The notes under the pieces were generated by a model, which was not told the DNA's origin, ran no database searches, and was given only the letters and a program-made list of their open reading frames with translations. Below are positions 22,219-31,660 of a stretch of 64,000 nt of DNA, one piece after another. The stretch's first letter is position 1. Every line of letters starts with the position of its first letter. The DNA comes from an uncultured bacterium (lineage in GTDB: Bacteria > Abyssobacteria > SURF-5), in assembly GCA_964607485.1 (NCBI GenBank), contig CAZSKP010000004.1, positions 125,509 through 189,508 on the forward strand, in the 5' to 3' direction. Position numbers and translations under genes: made by a program.

Positions 22219-22332
22219 GTCATTGCGAGGAAGAGTCACAGACTCGACTGAAGCAATCCCGCATGCGTTTCCCCCATGCTAGCGGGATTGCTTCGTCGCC
22301 CGAGCTTCCAGCCCTTTGCTCCTCGCAATGAC
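22219..22332. repeat. Full GTCATTGCGAG...CTCGCAATGAC palindromic repeat
   Basis: Inverted arms with GAAGCAATCCC/GGGATTGCTTC; closely similar to 41211-41324. Confidence 0.9.
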
Positions 22333-22528
22333 GAGGCACAGGAATGATGTCGTGCAAGAGCGCTTGGGCAACAATTCCTGAAGGCCGGATTCGCACAACC
22401 AGCCGCTCGATTCGTCTTCAGGACCGTCTGATTTGAACGGGGATGAATATTTTGGTATCATTTAGGAGGGCCGGCCCCTTTCAACGGGGGCGGGCAATAA
22501 CGTTTGTTCGGAAGAATCGGGGAATTCA

Positions 22529-23215
22529 ATGCTTAAGCAGCCAGAAGTGCACGATATAGAGGTCAGCGTCGCCATCGACGATCTTCTCGGCCCGCTCGGC
22601 TACGGGAAGGGCGGAGCGGTCGAGCCCTCTATCATGGAACAGATTCTGTCAGAAACCGACCGCTGCAAACAGACAATATACGGAAAGGCCATCCATGCCT
22701 GCGTGGGAATCACGCATGCCGCCGGCCGCGACGCCTTCGAGGCGAACGGCGTGACAATCAACGACGAGACTCTCACAAGCTCGCTCGACGGCGCAGAGTC
22801 GCTCGCCGTCGCCGTTTGCACGGTGGGCGCCGGGATAGATGAGCTCATCGGCGAACACTTCGGCCGCGGCGATTTTCTCGGGGGCATGATCGCCGACGTC
22901 TTTGCGAGCCGCGCCGTCGAAGCGGCCGCCGAAAAATGCGCGGCGCTCATCTGCGCCGAGGCGCGGAGGCACAATCTCTCGGCGTCGCGTCACCTCAGCC
23001 CGGGTTACGGAAAATGGGATGTGAGCGGCCAGCGGGCCGTGTTCGCATTGCTCGACCCGTCGCCGATAGGAGTGTCGCTGAACGAGCACTGCATGATGCA
23101 GCCGCGGAAATCCGTCTCTTTCGTCCTTCCGCTCCTGAAGGGTGAAGTGCGCCCCGAACAACGGCGCCACTGCCAAGAGTGCGGTTTTGAGAACTGCGGC
23201 TACAGGCGAGAATGA
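22529..23215 (+). CDS. B12-dependent methionine synthase activation-domain-like protein
   Basis: AVCTVG, SPGYG.W, IGVSLNEHCMMQPRKSVS, C-terminal CQECGFENCGYR. Confidence 0.8.
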   Translation: MLKQPEVHDIEVSVAIDDLLGPLGYGKGGAVEPSIMEQILSETDRCKQTIYGKAIHACVGITHAAGRDAFEANGVTINDETLTSSLDGAESLAVAVCTVGAGIDELIGEHFGRGDFLGGMIADVFASRAVEAAAEKCAALICAEARRHNLSASRHLSPGYGKWDVSGQRAVFALLDPSPIGVSLNEHCMMQPRKSVSFVLPLLKGEVRPEQRRHCQECGFENCGYRRE

Positions 23216-23255
23216 CGTATCCGGCATCGCCGGATGCGCGGGATGAAGAAATCTT

Positions 23256-24146
23256 ATGACTCTGCTGGAACGACTCAGCGCGGGTGAGAAACTCGTATTC
23301 GACGGCGCGATGGGCACGATGCTTCAGGCAAAGGGCCTTGGCGTCGGCGAGTGTCCGGAAGAATGGAACGCGTCGCACCCGGACGTCGTTCGGCAGATTC
23401 ACCAATCCTACTTCGATGTCGGCTGCGACATCGTGGAGACGAACTCATTCGGCGGAACCCGCCTGAAGTTTGCCCGCTTCGGACTGGCCGGCAGGGTGAG
23501 GGAGTTGAACCGCAAGGCCGCCGAAAACGCGCGCGCCGCAGCCGGGCCGAATCGTTACGTCGCCGGCTCGGTGGGCCCGACGGGCGAGTTCATCCAGCCC
23601 TACGGCAACCTGACGTATGAGGAGGTTCGCGACGCATTCCGCGAGCAGGCGAGCGCGCTCGAAGAGGGCGGAGCCGACATCATCTGTGTGGAAACGATGT
23701 CGGACCTGAACGAGGCACGGGCCGCCGTCGAGGCGGCGCGCGCGAGCACGAAGTGTGCCGTGTTCGCTTCGATGACGTTCAACCGAGACAAGCGGGGTTT
23801 CCGGACGATGATGGGCGTGGACCCCATGTCGGCCGCCGCGGCGTTGGAAAAGTACGGAGCGGACGTGATAGGCTCGAATTGCGGCGTCGGGCCGGAGGGA
23901 ATGTTTGACATCTTGAGAGAGATGCTCGAAGCCACGTCGAAGTTTCTGCTTGTCAAGCCCAATGCGGGCGTGCCCCGCCTCGAGGGCGGCAAGACAATTT
24001 TTCCCGAGACGCCTAAGGGGATGGCCGAAAAGATGCCTCCGCTGCTCGACATCGGCGTCAGAATACTCGGCGGCTGCTGCGGAACGACGCCCGAACACCT
24101 GCGCGAGATTGTGAGGGTAGTCAGGCCGCATACGGAGGGTTCATGA
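23256..24146 (+). CDS. Homocysteine S-methyltransferase domain (stand-alone MetH N-terminal module)
   Basis: FDGAMGTML, ETNSFG, GSNC, PNAGVP, GGCCGTTPEH Zn ligands. Confidence 0.92.
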   Translation: MTLLERLSAGEKLVFDGAMGTMLQAKGLGVGECPEEWNASHPDVVRQIHQSYFDVGCDIVETNSFGGTRLKFARFGLAGRVRELNRKAAENARAAAGPNRYVAGSVGPTGEFIQPYGNLTYEEVRDAFREQASALEEGGADIICVETMSDLNEARAAVEAARASTKCAVFASMTFNRDKRGFRTMMGVDPMSAAAALEKYGADVIGSNCGVGPEGMFDILREMLEATSKFLLVKPNAGVPRLEGGKTIFPETPKGMAEKMPPLLDIGVRILGGCCGTTPEHLREIVRVVRPHTEGS

Positions 24147-24946
24147 CGATGGAAGAATCCGAAGTAGTCTCTCCAAGCCGAATCGAGCGTCTGCTTGAAC
24201 TCGCCTGCGTGTACAACACCCCTCTGTCCATCACGACCGAAGCGCGCGACACGATGTATCGCTACAAGAGCCGGATGCTCGAAATGAACAAGGCGACCGG
24301 CTCGAGGTCGCTCATCATAGACCATCCCGTGACCGATGGGCCGGCGATTGCGCTCAAACCGGAAACGCTCCTCACCGTCTTCTTCGCGCTCGACAAGGAA
24401 CGGTTCATCTTTGAGACCGAGGTCCTGCGCAAGACCACGTTCGCCCTCGCCAGCCGGAGGAAGATATCGGTTCTCGAGATTGCGTATCCGAATGTCCTGT
24501 ACAGCGGCGAACGCCGGATGTATTACAGGGTGCCCACTCCGATGGGAAAACCGATTTCCGTCGAGTGCGGCGTGATCGGCGGCGTCGGTGACTGGCTCGT
24601 TCAGGAACCCGGCACGTGGAATTTCCCCTCGCATGTCCGGTTCGACGGGCGCATCCTGAACCTGAGCGTCGGCGGGATGGTCCTGGCCGTCAAGGAGGGC
24701 GGCAGCAGCAAGGCCAGGGTGGGGACGAAGCTGGGCCTGCGGTTCTCGCTCGCGCGCGATGAGACCCCCATTTCGCTGAAAGGGATAATCCGGCGGACGG
24801 GAACGAAGGCCTCCACCGGAGAGGAGACGGTGGCGATCGAGTTCATCGACATCGCCGAAAAATTCGAGTACAAACTGGCCATTAACCGATTGTACCGATA
24901 CGTCGTCGAGCGACAGCGAGAGATCATAAAGTCCGGCGCGAAATAG
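24143..24946 (+). CDS. YcgR-like PilZ protein (PilZN + PilZ)
   Basis: ERRMYYR and NLSVGG motifs; ATGA overlap with the upstream gene. Confidence 0.8.
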   Translation: MTMEESEVVSPSRIERLLELACVYNTPLSITTEARDTMYRYKSRMLEMNKATGSRSLIIDHPVTDGPAIALKPETLLTVFFALDKERFIFETEVLRKTTFALASRRKISVLEIAYPNVLYSGERRMYYRVPTPMGKPISVECGVIGGVGDWLVQEPGTWNFPSHVRFDGRILNLSVGGMVLAVKEGGSSKARVGTKLGLRFSLARDETPISLKGIIRRTGTKASTGEETVAIEFIDIAEKFEYKLAINRLYRYVVERQREIIKSGAK

Positions 24947-24959
24947 GATTTGCAATAGC

Positions 24960-25334
24960 ATGTCGAGCAGAAGTTCGAAGGCGTTTGAGAGATTCCTGTT
25001 AAAAAGAGGCGTCATCGATGAGGCCGCCCTGCGGGAAGTCGAATCGATGAAAGAGGACATGAACATCTCGTTGGGCGTGGTCGCAATGAACCGCGGACTG
25101 TTGACTTCGGAGCAGATCGGAGAAATCCTGGCTGCCAAGAAGAAGACGAAGAAGAGATTCGGACAGGCCGCCCTCCACCTGAAATTTCTCAACCGTGTCC
25201 AGCTCCGCGACCTCCTCGCCGAACAGGAGCAGGTGAACCTCGACGTGGGAGAACTGCTCGTCTTGACGGGCCACCTCTCATACGAACAACTCCAAAAAGA
25301 GCGCCGCGCCTTCGCCCGCGCAAAGAAGCGATAA
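24960..25334 (+). CDS. Small protein made of MshEN-like repeats
   Basis: About four repeats resembling (R)LGxxLxxxGxxxxxxLxxxLxxQ, e.g. SLGVVAMNRGLLTSEQI, RFGQAALHLKFL, DVGELLVLTGHL. Confidence 0.65.
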   Translation: MSSRSSKAFERFLLKRGVIDEAALREVESMKEDMNISLGVVAMNRGLLTSEQIGEILAAKKKTKKRFGQAALHLKFLNRVQLRDLLAEQEQVNLDVGELLVLTGHLSYEQLQKERRAFARAKKR

Positions 25335-25421
25335 GAACATGCCTTCCTGTACGCATACATGAACTCCGAAAACATGAAACTATCGCGGCCTCATTTCGCG
25401 ACCTTTGCGCCTTTGCGGTGA

Positions 25422-26192
25422 TTAGGAGATTCTTCTTTCACCTTCCGGCTTGAATCCGAAGAGCTCGCTCTGGATGATTCTCGTCACGAGCGTCGTCTGG
25501 TCCGCCGTGAAATATACGCCACGCGTCCGGTGTTCTTTCCTTCGATATTCACGCGCATGTTCTTCTGACCAGAAGAACACACTCTCCTTTCAGAACGCAT
25601 GGATGATGCATTTGTCCTCGATCTTCGAGAAATTGACATCCGGCACGAAGACGATCGGCTCGCATCCCTGCTCGGCGGCCTGATAATTCAGGTCGCTGTC
25701 GATTCTCATGCGCATCGGCCGGGAGCAGTGCGCGCATTCCGAGCTGACTTCCACCGACAGCGCTTCTCCGCGTAAGCGCCCTTGCACGAAGGGCGTTGCA
25801 AACGCATCGGCCGCTCAGGCGGCGTAAATCTGCTCGCCCGTGCTGAAGGTGAGATGGTGCGGCGTCCTTTCGACCGTCACCGGATACGCCCACACTGCCA
25901 GGCCTTCATCATTCCTGCAGATGAACGTCATGTGCCGTTCCAGGTCATCGAACACGGACCGCACGCGGTCGAGGGATATTGACAGTTTCTCCGCGATGAA
26001 TTCGGGCGAGATCGGCTCCTTGACTCTGGGGAGTTCTCTGACGATACAGTGGTGCACAGCTCGATGCTCGTCGGTCATGAACCGCAGGTCGGCGCGTATT
26101 TTATTCTTAGCCCTGCCAATCTGTTTCTCCCACAGAAACGGCGGTACCGAGAGCATGTAACGCCAAAGTCCGCTCATGAGTTTGCTGCTCAT
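25422..26192 (-). CDS. MerB (organomercurial lyase)-like protein, probable selenoprotein with two Sec (codons 126 and 201), 256 aa
   Basis: Single frame from ATG 26192 (RBS AAAGGAG) to TAA 25422 with in-frame TGA at 25815-25817 (YAA-U-AAD) and 25590-25592 (HAF-U-KESVFFWS), aligning to MerB YAWCALD and SFCCHVHFFAS. Confidence 0.85.
25555..25582 (-). promoter_or_regulatory. SECIS-like hairpin for the second UGA
   Basis: TGTTCTTCT-GGTC-AGAAGAACA, 9-bp stem extendable by three more pairs; loop begins 20 nt after UGA. Confidence 0.8.
25777..25795 (-). promoter_or_regulatory. SECIS-like hairpin for the first UGA
   Basis: CGCCCTT-CGTGC-AAGGGCG, 7-bp stem, G at loop position 2; loop begins 27 nt after UGA. 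Confidence 0.7.
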
Positions 26193-26256
26193 CGCCTCAC
26201 TCCTTTCCAGGTTCGAACGCCGATACCATCAAGGTTTCACGAAAGGGAAATTCCCT

Positions 26257-27354
26257 TCAAACTCGAATTCGCTTTCCCGTCTCCGCGTCGAACAAATGGA
26301 GCTTCTCGTCCGGGACGCCGTATCTGACCTGACTGCCCGGCTCGATGTCGGCGTATCCCAACACACGCGCGAGAAGCTTCAGATTCGCGGCATCGAGATA
26401 GATGAGCGTGTCGGCGCCCATGGCCTCGACCGCCGACACCTGCGCGGCCCCCGTCAGCGAACAGCCCTCCGAGGTCTCGCCGAGCCGAACGTCTTCGGGA
26501 CGGAAGCCCAGGACAACTTTTCCCGGCACCTGCTCGAATCGCTTCGCCGCCTGCGGCTTCAGCAGGAGCATGAGCCCGCCGCACGTGAGCTCCAGGGAAC
26601 CGAGCTTTGCCTCGCTCCCGCACTCGACGAAGTTCGTTGGCGGGTTGCCGAAAAAGCCTGCGACAAACCTGCTTTCAGGATTACGGTACAGTTCGGCGGG
26701 GGCGCCGACCTGTTCCAGTGCGCCCGCGTTCATCACGGCGATTCGCTCGCCGATCGTCATGGCCTCGGTCTGATCGTGGGTGACATACACCATCGTCGCC
26801 GCGAGCCTGTCGTGAATCTGCTTTATCTCCTGTCTGAGTTGCACCCGCAGGGATGCGTCAAGATTGCTGAGGGGCTCGTCGAAAAGGAAAATTTTCGGAT
26901 TGCGCACGAGCGCGCGGCCGAGCGCAACCCGCTGGCGCTGTCCGCCGGAAAGCTCTTTCGGCCTCCGCCCGAGCAGGTCGGAGATGCCGAGCATGCCCGC
27001 CGCCTCCATCACGCGCGAGCGGACCTCCTGCTTGGGGAACCCGCGCATCTTCAGGCCGAACCCCAGGTTCTGCTCGACGTTGAGGTGGGGATAGAGCGCG
27101 TAATCCTGGAACACCATCGCGATGTCGCGGTCGCGCGGAGGCACGTCGTTGGCGCGCCTGCCGCCGATGAAGACCTCGCCCTCGGTGGGCGCTTCGAGGC
27201 CCGCTATCAGCCTGAGCGTGGTCGATTTTCCGCTGCCCGACGGGCCGACCAGCACCATGAGCTCCCGTTCCGACACTTCGATATTGAGGGCGCGCACGCC
27301 GACCGCGCCGTTTTTATAGAGCTTGGAAAGGTTCTTGAGCACGAGCGCCGCCAT
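26257..27354 (-). CDS. MalK/UgpC-type sugar ABC transporter ATP-binding protein
   Basis: GPSGSGKST, MVFQDYALYPH, LSGGQRQR, FLFDEPLSNLDA, C-terminal TOBE-like region. Confidence 0.95.
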   Translation of the reverse strand: MAALVLKNLSKLYKNGAVGVRALNIEVSERELMVLVGPSGSGKSTTLRLIAGLEAPTEGEVFIGGRRANDVPPRDRDIAMVFQDYALYPHLNVEQNLGFGLKMRGFPKQEVRSRVMEAAGMLGISDLLGRRPKELSGGQRQRVALGRALVRNPKIFLFDEPLSNLDASLRVQLRQEIKQIHDRLAATMVYVTHDQTEAMTIGERIAVMNAGALEQVGAPAELYRNPESRFVAGFFGNPPTNFVECGSEAKLGSLELTCGGLMLLLKPQAAKRFEQVPGKVVLGFRPEDVRLGETSEGCSLTGAAQVSAVEAMGADTLIYLDAANLKLLARVLGYADIEPGSQVRYGVPDEKLHLFDAETGKRIRV

Positions 27355-27356
27355 GT

Positions 27357-27875
27357 TCACCCCAACAGTTCGCGAACCCTGCGCCCCAATTTCCGTCTGC
27401 GCCGAAACGAGAAGCCCATAACCAGCATCCATTTCAAGACGACATAGGCGACGATGCCGAGCACCGCACCGTACAGCGCGGCAAAGATGATGTCGGGAGT
27501 CGCCGCGACCAGCGCGCCCGTGACCTTGAACGCCTTGTTCGCATCGTTGATTCTCCGGCTCAAGTCCTCGCCAAGGAAGAATCTGAGCGATTCCCCGAAC
27601 CGCTGTTCTTTCCCGATGAGGGGATAGAGCGCCTTGGCCGCCGTGTACTCGGCGGCGGCGAGCATTCCCAAGAACGGCGCGCTGTACTTGGCAACGAAAT
27701 CGAACAGGCCGAGAACGGCACGGGCGGGCGCCGAGCGCCTCCGCTGAGGACCGTATGTCCTCGCTATCTCGCGCACGTCGTCGCGGTCGACAGTGGACGG
27801 GAGAAAATCCAGCTCGCGGTCGAGAAGTCGGTTCCTGGCGATGTTCCTCTTCAAGCGTTTTCCGTACGTTGTCAT
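27357..27875 (-). CDS. Hypothetical membrane protein
   Basis: 172 aa, RBS GGAG, ends 2 nt before the ABC ATPase start; C-terminal TM. Confidence 0.65.
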   Translation of the reverse strand: MTTYGKRLKRNIARNRLLDRELDFLPSTVDRDDVREIARTYGPQRRRSAPARAVLGLFDFVAKYSAPFLGMLAAAEYTAAKALYPLIGKEQRFGESLRFFLGEDLSRRINDANKAFKVTGALVAATPDIIFAALYGAVLGIVAYVVLKWMLVMGFSFRRRRKLGRRVRELLG

Positions 27876-27989
27876 TTAGGAAATCTCCATATATCCCGCA
27901 TGTTGCGCTGCGGCCGTTCCCGTGTTGAGCGTGCCTGAGCTATGTTAGTTGAGTGGCCGCGTTCATGTCAACATCGAGGTCAACATCAT

Positions 27990-28018
27990 TTGACTTTCAA
28001 CTGTCTCAAAAATATACT
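27990..28018 (+). promoter_or_regulatory. Sigma70-type promoter, probably giving a leaderless mRNA
   Basis: TTGACT-17 bp-TATACT, 6 nt before ATG 28025. Confidence 0.65.
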
Positions 28019-28024
28019 GTCACC

Positions 28025-30070
28025 ATGTCGGTCCTCATCGAAACCGTTCTCGGCAGGCTCGGCTCGCGTTTCTCGCTGAGCTTCCATCCATGCAGGAAAC
28101 AACTCTGGACCTCGCCTCTGGGCAGGCTATATGACCGGCCGATTCGGCTCGAAATTTCCATGGTCGCGGGCGACAAACGCCTGATGTGGCCGTTCTCGTC
28201 CGGCGAACAGATGGATGTCTGCGAGCAGCAAATGACGATGACGAGCGTGGGATTTCGGTGCATATCTGTGTCGCTCGGCGTCGAACTTCTCATAAGATTC
28301 GTCGCGCCTTTCTATCCGCAAGACGAGAAGCTTTCGGTCGCACCCTTCTTCTACATCGACCTTGTCTGCAAACCGATGTCGGGCGCGACGGAACGCACTG
28401 CGGGCGAGATCAAGGTGGCTCTCCTCGGGAGTGAAGACGACGTCGTTGCCCGGGACGGCTCGGGAGTGACGCTCCAGGGCGCGTATCGACTGACGCCGGA
28501 CGTCTCGAGCGAAGAGGCGGACGAGTTTTCCCGGGGCGATTTCGGGGGGACAATCGCGCTCGCGCCCATTCGGGGCAAGCTTACTCTCAAGGAGAGCACG
28601 TTCTCGATTCCCTACTCGGTCGATGAGGGCGCAACAACGCGAGCGACGTTTGCGCTCGCCGCTCATTGCGACGAACCGGTCCTTGAGGTAGAAGGAACGC
28701 CCCATCGTTTTCGTTACCTGCGGTGGTTCCCGTCTCTGGCGGACGTGACGGCGTTCGCGAAGGACGGAGAAGCGAGCATCGCACAGCGCTCAGACTTCTT
28801 CGACGAATTGTTCCTGCGTTCTTCGCTGGGACAATCGGCAAAAAATCTCATCGCGCATTCGTTCCAGTCGCACCTTTCGGCGACGTGGTGGACCGAACCG
28901 GCCACAGGCGACGGCGCCGAGTGGTTCGGCTTCTGGGACAGTCGAGCGTTCCACAACGCGGCGGAAGCCGAATATGCCTCCTCGCTGCTCTATCTGAACC
29001 TGTGGCCCGACCTCCTCGAGAAACAACTGAATCAACGAGCCTCTCTTGAGAAGGAGAGCGGCGTCCTTCCCGTCAACTGCGGCCGTTTCCTGTCGGTGCA
29101 ATCCTCGGACGCGCGGCCGGCGGGTGTCGAGGAATCGTGCGACTTTCTTCTGATGCTGTTCGCGCACTGGCGGTGGTGGAACCGGTTCGAGCCGATAGAA
29201 CGAAACGCCTCCCTGATACGAAGGCTCGGCGGTTTTCTGCTGCATTCCGACCCCGCCCGACCCGGCCGCTCGAGCGTCCAGACCCGCCTGGTGTTGAAAA
29301 CGTTGTGCGCCCTCGAGGCGGTGGCCGTCATGGCGGAGGAGCTCGACGACGGCGACCTGTCGGACTCCTGCAGGGACGCCGTGAGGGCCATGAGGACGCA
29401 GTTCGAGGAACACGCGTGGGCGCGGGATCACTTCATTGTCCGGCTCGGCGGCTCGGAATCGGGAGAACGGGAACATTATTCCATCTGTACGCCCGACGGA
29501 CTGCTTCACCATCTCATGTGCGACTCGTTTCCCGAGCTGGATTACGGGCGTTTCAGGCAGGATATTCTGTCGTCCGCATCGAACACGCTCTCCCGCTACG
29601 GCTCCGCGGCTGCGGCCGCGGAACCCGAACGATTCTCCATTTTGGACAATGTCTGGCGCGACGTCGTTGCCGCATACCTCGGGATCGATTTCTCGCGGAT
29701 GACCGAACGGTACCGGGACTTTTGTGTTTCCGCGAATGCGAGCGAGCCGGGCGGACGCCGCGTCGATCCGCCGAGTTCTCCCAATCTTCTCAGCGATGCG
29801 AGAGGCGCAAGCACGATGGGACTCCTCCAGGCGCTGCTCGGATTGAAACTGGACAGGGTCGAGCGTTCAATCACGATATCCCCGCTGTCCATCCCGGCGG
29901 AGGCGCCCATACTGCCCCTTGCCGACTGGGAAAGAGGCCTTGTGCCACGAGCGAGCGTCGGGTGTGAAGGAAACCAGATGAGGGTGGATGTGAGCGAACG
30001 CGACCTTGTCGATGCGGCGGGCGATCTCGCAATAGACCCGCATCCCGAGCTCAGGTGGGGAGGCTCTTAG
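28025..30070 (+). CDS. DUF4965/glutaminase-A-like (alpha/alpha-barrel, glycoside-hydrolase-like) protein
   Basis: LGSRFSL.F.P, APFYPQDEKLS.APFFY, LYLNLWPDLL, VEE motif; family assignment is from recall only. Confidence 0.55.
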   Translation: MSVLIETVLGRLGSRFSLSFHPCRKQLWTSPLGRLYDRPIRLEISMVAGDKRLMWPFSSGEQMDVCEQQMTMTSVGFRCISVSLGVELLIRFVAPFYPQDEKLSVAPFFYIDLVCKPMSGATERTAGEIKVALLGSEDDVVARDGSGVTLQGAYRLTPDVSSEEADEFSRGDFGGTIALAPIRGKLTLKESTFSIPYSVDEGATTRATFALAAHCDEPVLEVEGTPHRFRYLRWFPSLADVTAFAKDGEASIAQRSDFFDELFLRSSLGQSAKNLIAHSFQSHLSATWWTEPATGDGAEWFGFWDSRAFHNAAEAEYASSLLYLNLWPDLLEKQLNQRASLEKESGVLPVNCGRFLSVQSSDARPAGVEESCDFLLMLFAHWRWWNRFEPIERNASLIRRLGGFLLHSDPARPGRSSVQTRLVLKTLCALEAVAVMAEELDDGDLSDSCRDAVRAMRTQFEEHAWARDHFIVRLGGSESGEREHYSICTPDGLLHHLMCDSFPELDYGRFRQDILSSASNTLSRYGSAAAAAEPERFSILDNVWRDVVAAYLGIDFSRMTERYRDFCVSANASEPGGRRVDPPSSPNLLSDARGASTMGLLQALLGLKLDRVERSITISPLSIPAEAPILPLADWERGLVPRASVGCEGNQMRVDVSERDLVDAAGDLAIDPHPELRWGGS

Positions 30071-30126
30071 GGAGCTGTCTCAGAAGTACCTTTACATATT
30101 CACACAACGCATCGCTGATTTTTTAT

Positions 30127-30196
30127 GTCATTCCCACGAAAGTGGGAATCCAGTTTACAGGGGAAAATCATGGATTCCCGTTTTCACGGGAATGAC
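30127..30196. repeat. GTCATTCCC-family (dRS3-like ATTCCC-N8-GGGAAT) double hairpin between convergent genes
   Basis: GTCATTCCCACGAAAGTGGGAATCCA...TGGATTCCCGTTTTCACGGGAATGAC. Confidence 0.85.
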
Positions 30197-30263
30197 AACA
30201 AGCACGAATAACACAAGACATTATTGAAACAGTTTCCGGAACGAAACACCAGGGGGCTTCGCC

Positions 30264-31586
30264 TCAGCCGAGCTTCAGCACATACCTTACAACGAACAAC
30301 GCGGCGAATATGTAAACGAACGCGTTCACTTCCTTTCCGCGCCCGCTCAGCAGCTTGATGAGAGCGAATGAGATAAACCCGAACGCGATGCCGTCGGTGA
30401 TGCTGAACGTGAGCGGCATCATTATCATGGTGAGAAACGCCGGCACGGATTCGGTATAATCCTCCCACTTTATCGATTTCACACTGGTCATCATCATGCT
30501 CCCGACGATAATCAGCGGCGGCGCTATCACGGGATAGAGCTGGAGACCGCCGTACGTAACCGCGCCCCCGACCATCTTCGCCAGCGGATAGAAGAAGAGC
30601 GCGAGGATGAACAGCGACGCCGTCACCATGTTGGCCAGCCCGGTACGCCCGCCCTCCGACACGCCGGCGGCGCTTTCGATATAGCTCGTGACCGTCGAGG
30701 TGCCCAGCGTGGTGCCGACGACGGTGCCGATGGCGTCTGAAAGCAGCGCCCGCTCGGCGCGGGGAAGCTTGCCGTTGACCATGAACCCGGCCCGCTCGCT
30801 TATTCCCACGAGCGTGCCGACCGTGTCGAACAGGTCGAGGAAGAAGAACACGAATATGACCGCCAGCACATCCGCGATGCGGCCCGTCCTGAATGCGCCG
30901 AAGATGTCCAGCTTGAACAACGTCGGGGCGATCGATGGCGGCGCGCCCACGACTCCCTCGAATTTCACCATGTTGAGCATCCACCCCGCGAGGGCGGTGG
31001 CGAGGATGCCGATGAGAATCGCACCCCGTATGCGCAGGGCGAAAAGTAACGAGATGAGCAGCACTCCGAACAGCGAAAGCAGGACGGGGGCGCTGTGAAG
31101 GTCGCCCAGCCTCACCAGCGTGCTCGGATGGCCGACGACGAGTCCGCCCCATTCCATGCCCACGAGCGCGATCAGGAGGCCTATCCCGACGGCGATGGAG
31201 CTCTTGAGCGACTGGGGAATCGCGTCCACGAGCCGGGCGCGGAAGCTGAACAGCGACAGGAATATGAACAGCGCGCCCGAGATGAAGTTCGCGCCGAGGG
31301 CAACCTGCCAGCTATAGCCCATCAGTTCGCAAATGGTGAAGACGAAGAAGAAATTGTGGCCCATGGCGGGCGCCAGCGCGATGGGGTAGTTGGCCAGCAC
31401 TCCCATGAGAAACGTGGCTAACGCGCTTGCGACGCACGTGGCGACGAGCACCGCTCCGTGGTCCATGCCGCAGATGCTCAACACCGCCGGCTGCACGAAA
31501 ATGATGTAGGACATCGTCATGAAGGTGGATAATCCTGCCACGACTTCCGTGCGGACGTTGGTGCCCCTTGACCGAAGCTCGAACAT
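30264..31586 (-). CDS. NCS2/AzgA-family purine permease
   Basis: TEVVAGLSTFMTMSYI, APAMG, DLFDTVGT, YIESAAGV.EGGRTG. Confidence 0.95.
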   Translation of the reverse strand: MFELRSRGTNVRTEVVAGLSTFMTMSYIIFVQPAVLSICGMDHGAVLVATCVASALATFLMGVLANYPIALAPAMGHNFFFVFTICELMGYSWQVALGANFISGALFIFLSLFSFRARLVDAIPQSLKSSIAVGIGLLIALVGMEWGGLVVGHPSTLVRLGDLHSAPVLLSLFGVLLISLLFALRIRGAILIGILATALAGWMLNMVKFEGVVGAPPSIAPTLFKLDIFGAFRTGRIADVLAVIFVFFFLDLFDTVGTLVGISERAGFMVNGKLPRAERALLSDAIGTVVGTTLGTSTVTSYIESAAGVSEGGRTGLANMVTASLFILALFFYPLAKMVGGAVTYGGLQLYPVIAPPLIIVGSMMMTSVKSIKWEDYTESVPAFLTMIMMPLTFSITDGIAFGFISFALIKLLSGRGKEVNAFVYIFAALFVVRYVLKLG

Positions 31587-31660
31587 GGGGGCGACACCTC
31601 CTTTGCTTTCTGGTCAAAGGTCGGGGATGCCGAGCCTGGAGAATCATCCGACCCGGCCTA

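Noticed and set aside
25422-26192. Pseudogene reading of the MerB-like gene
   Set aside because: Both stops are TGA, both sit on catalytic Cys columns, both have downstream hairpins, and there is no frameshift.
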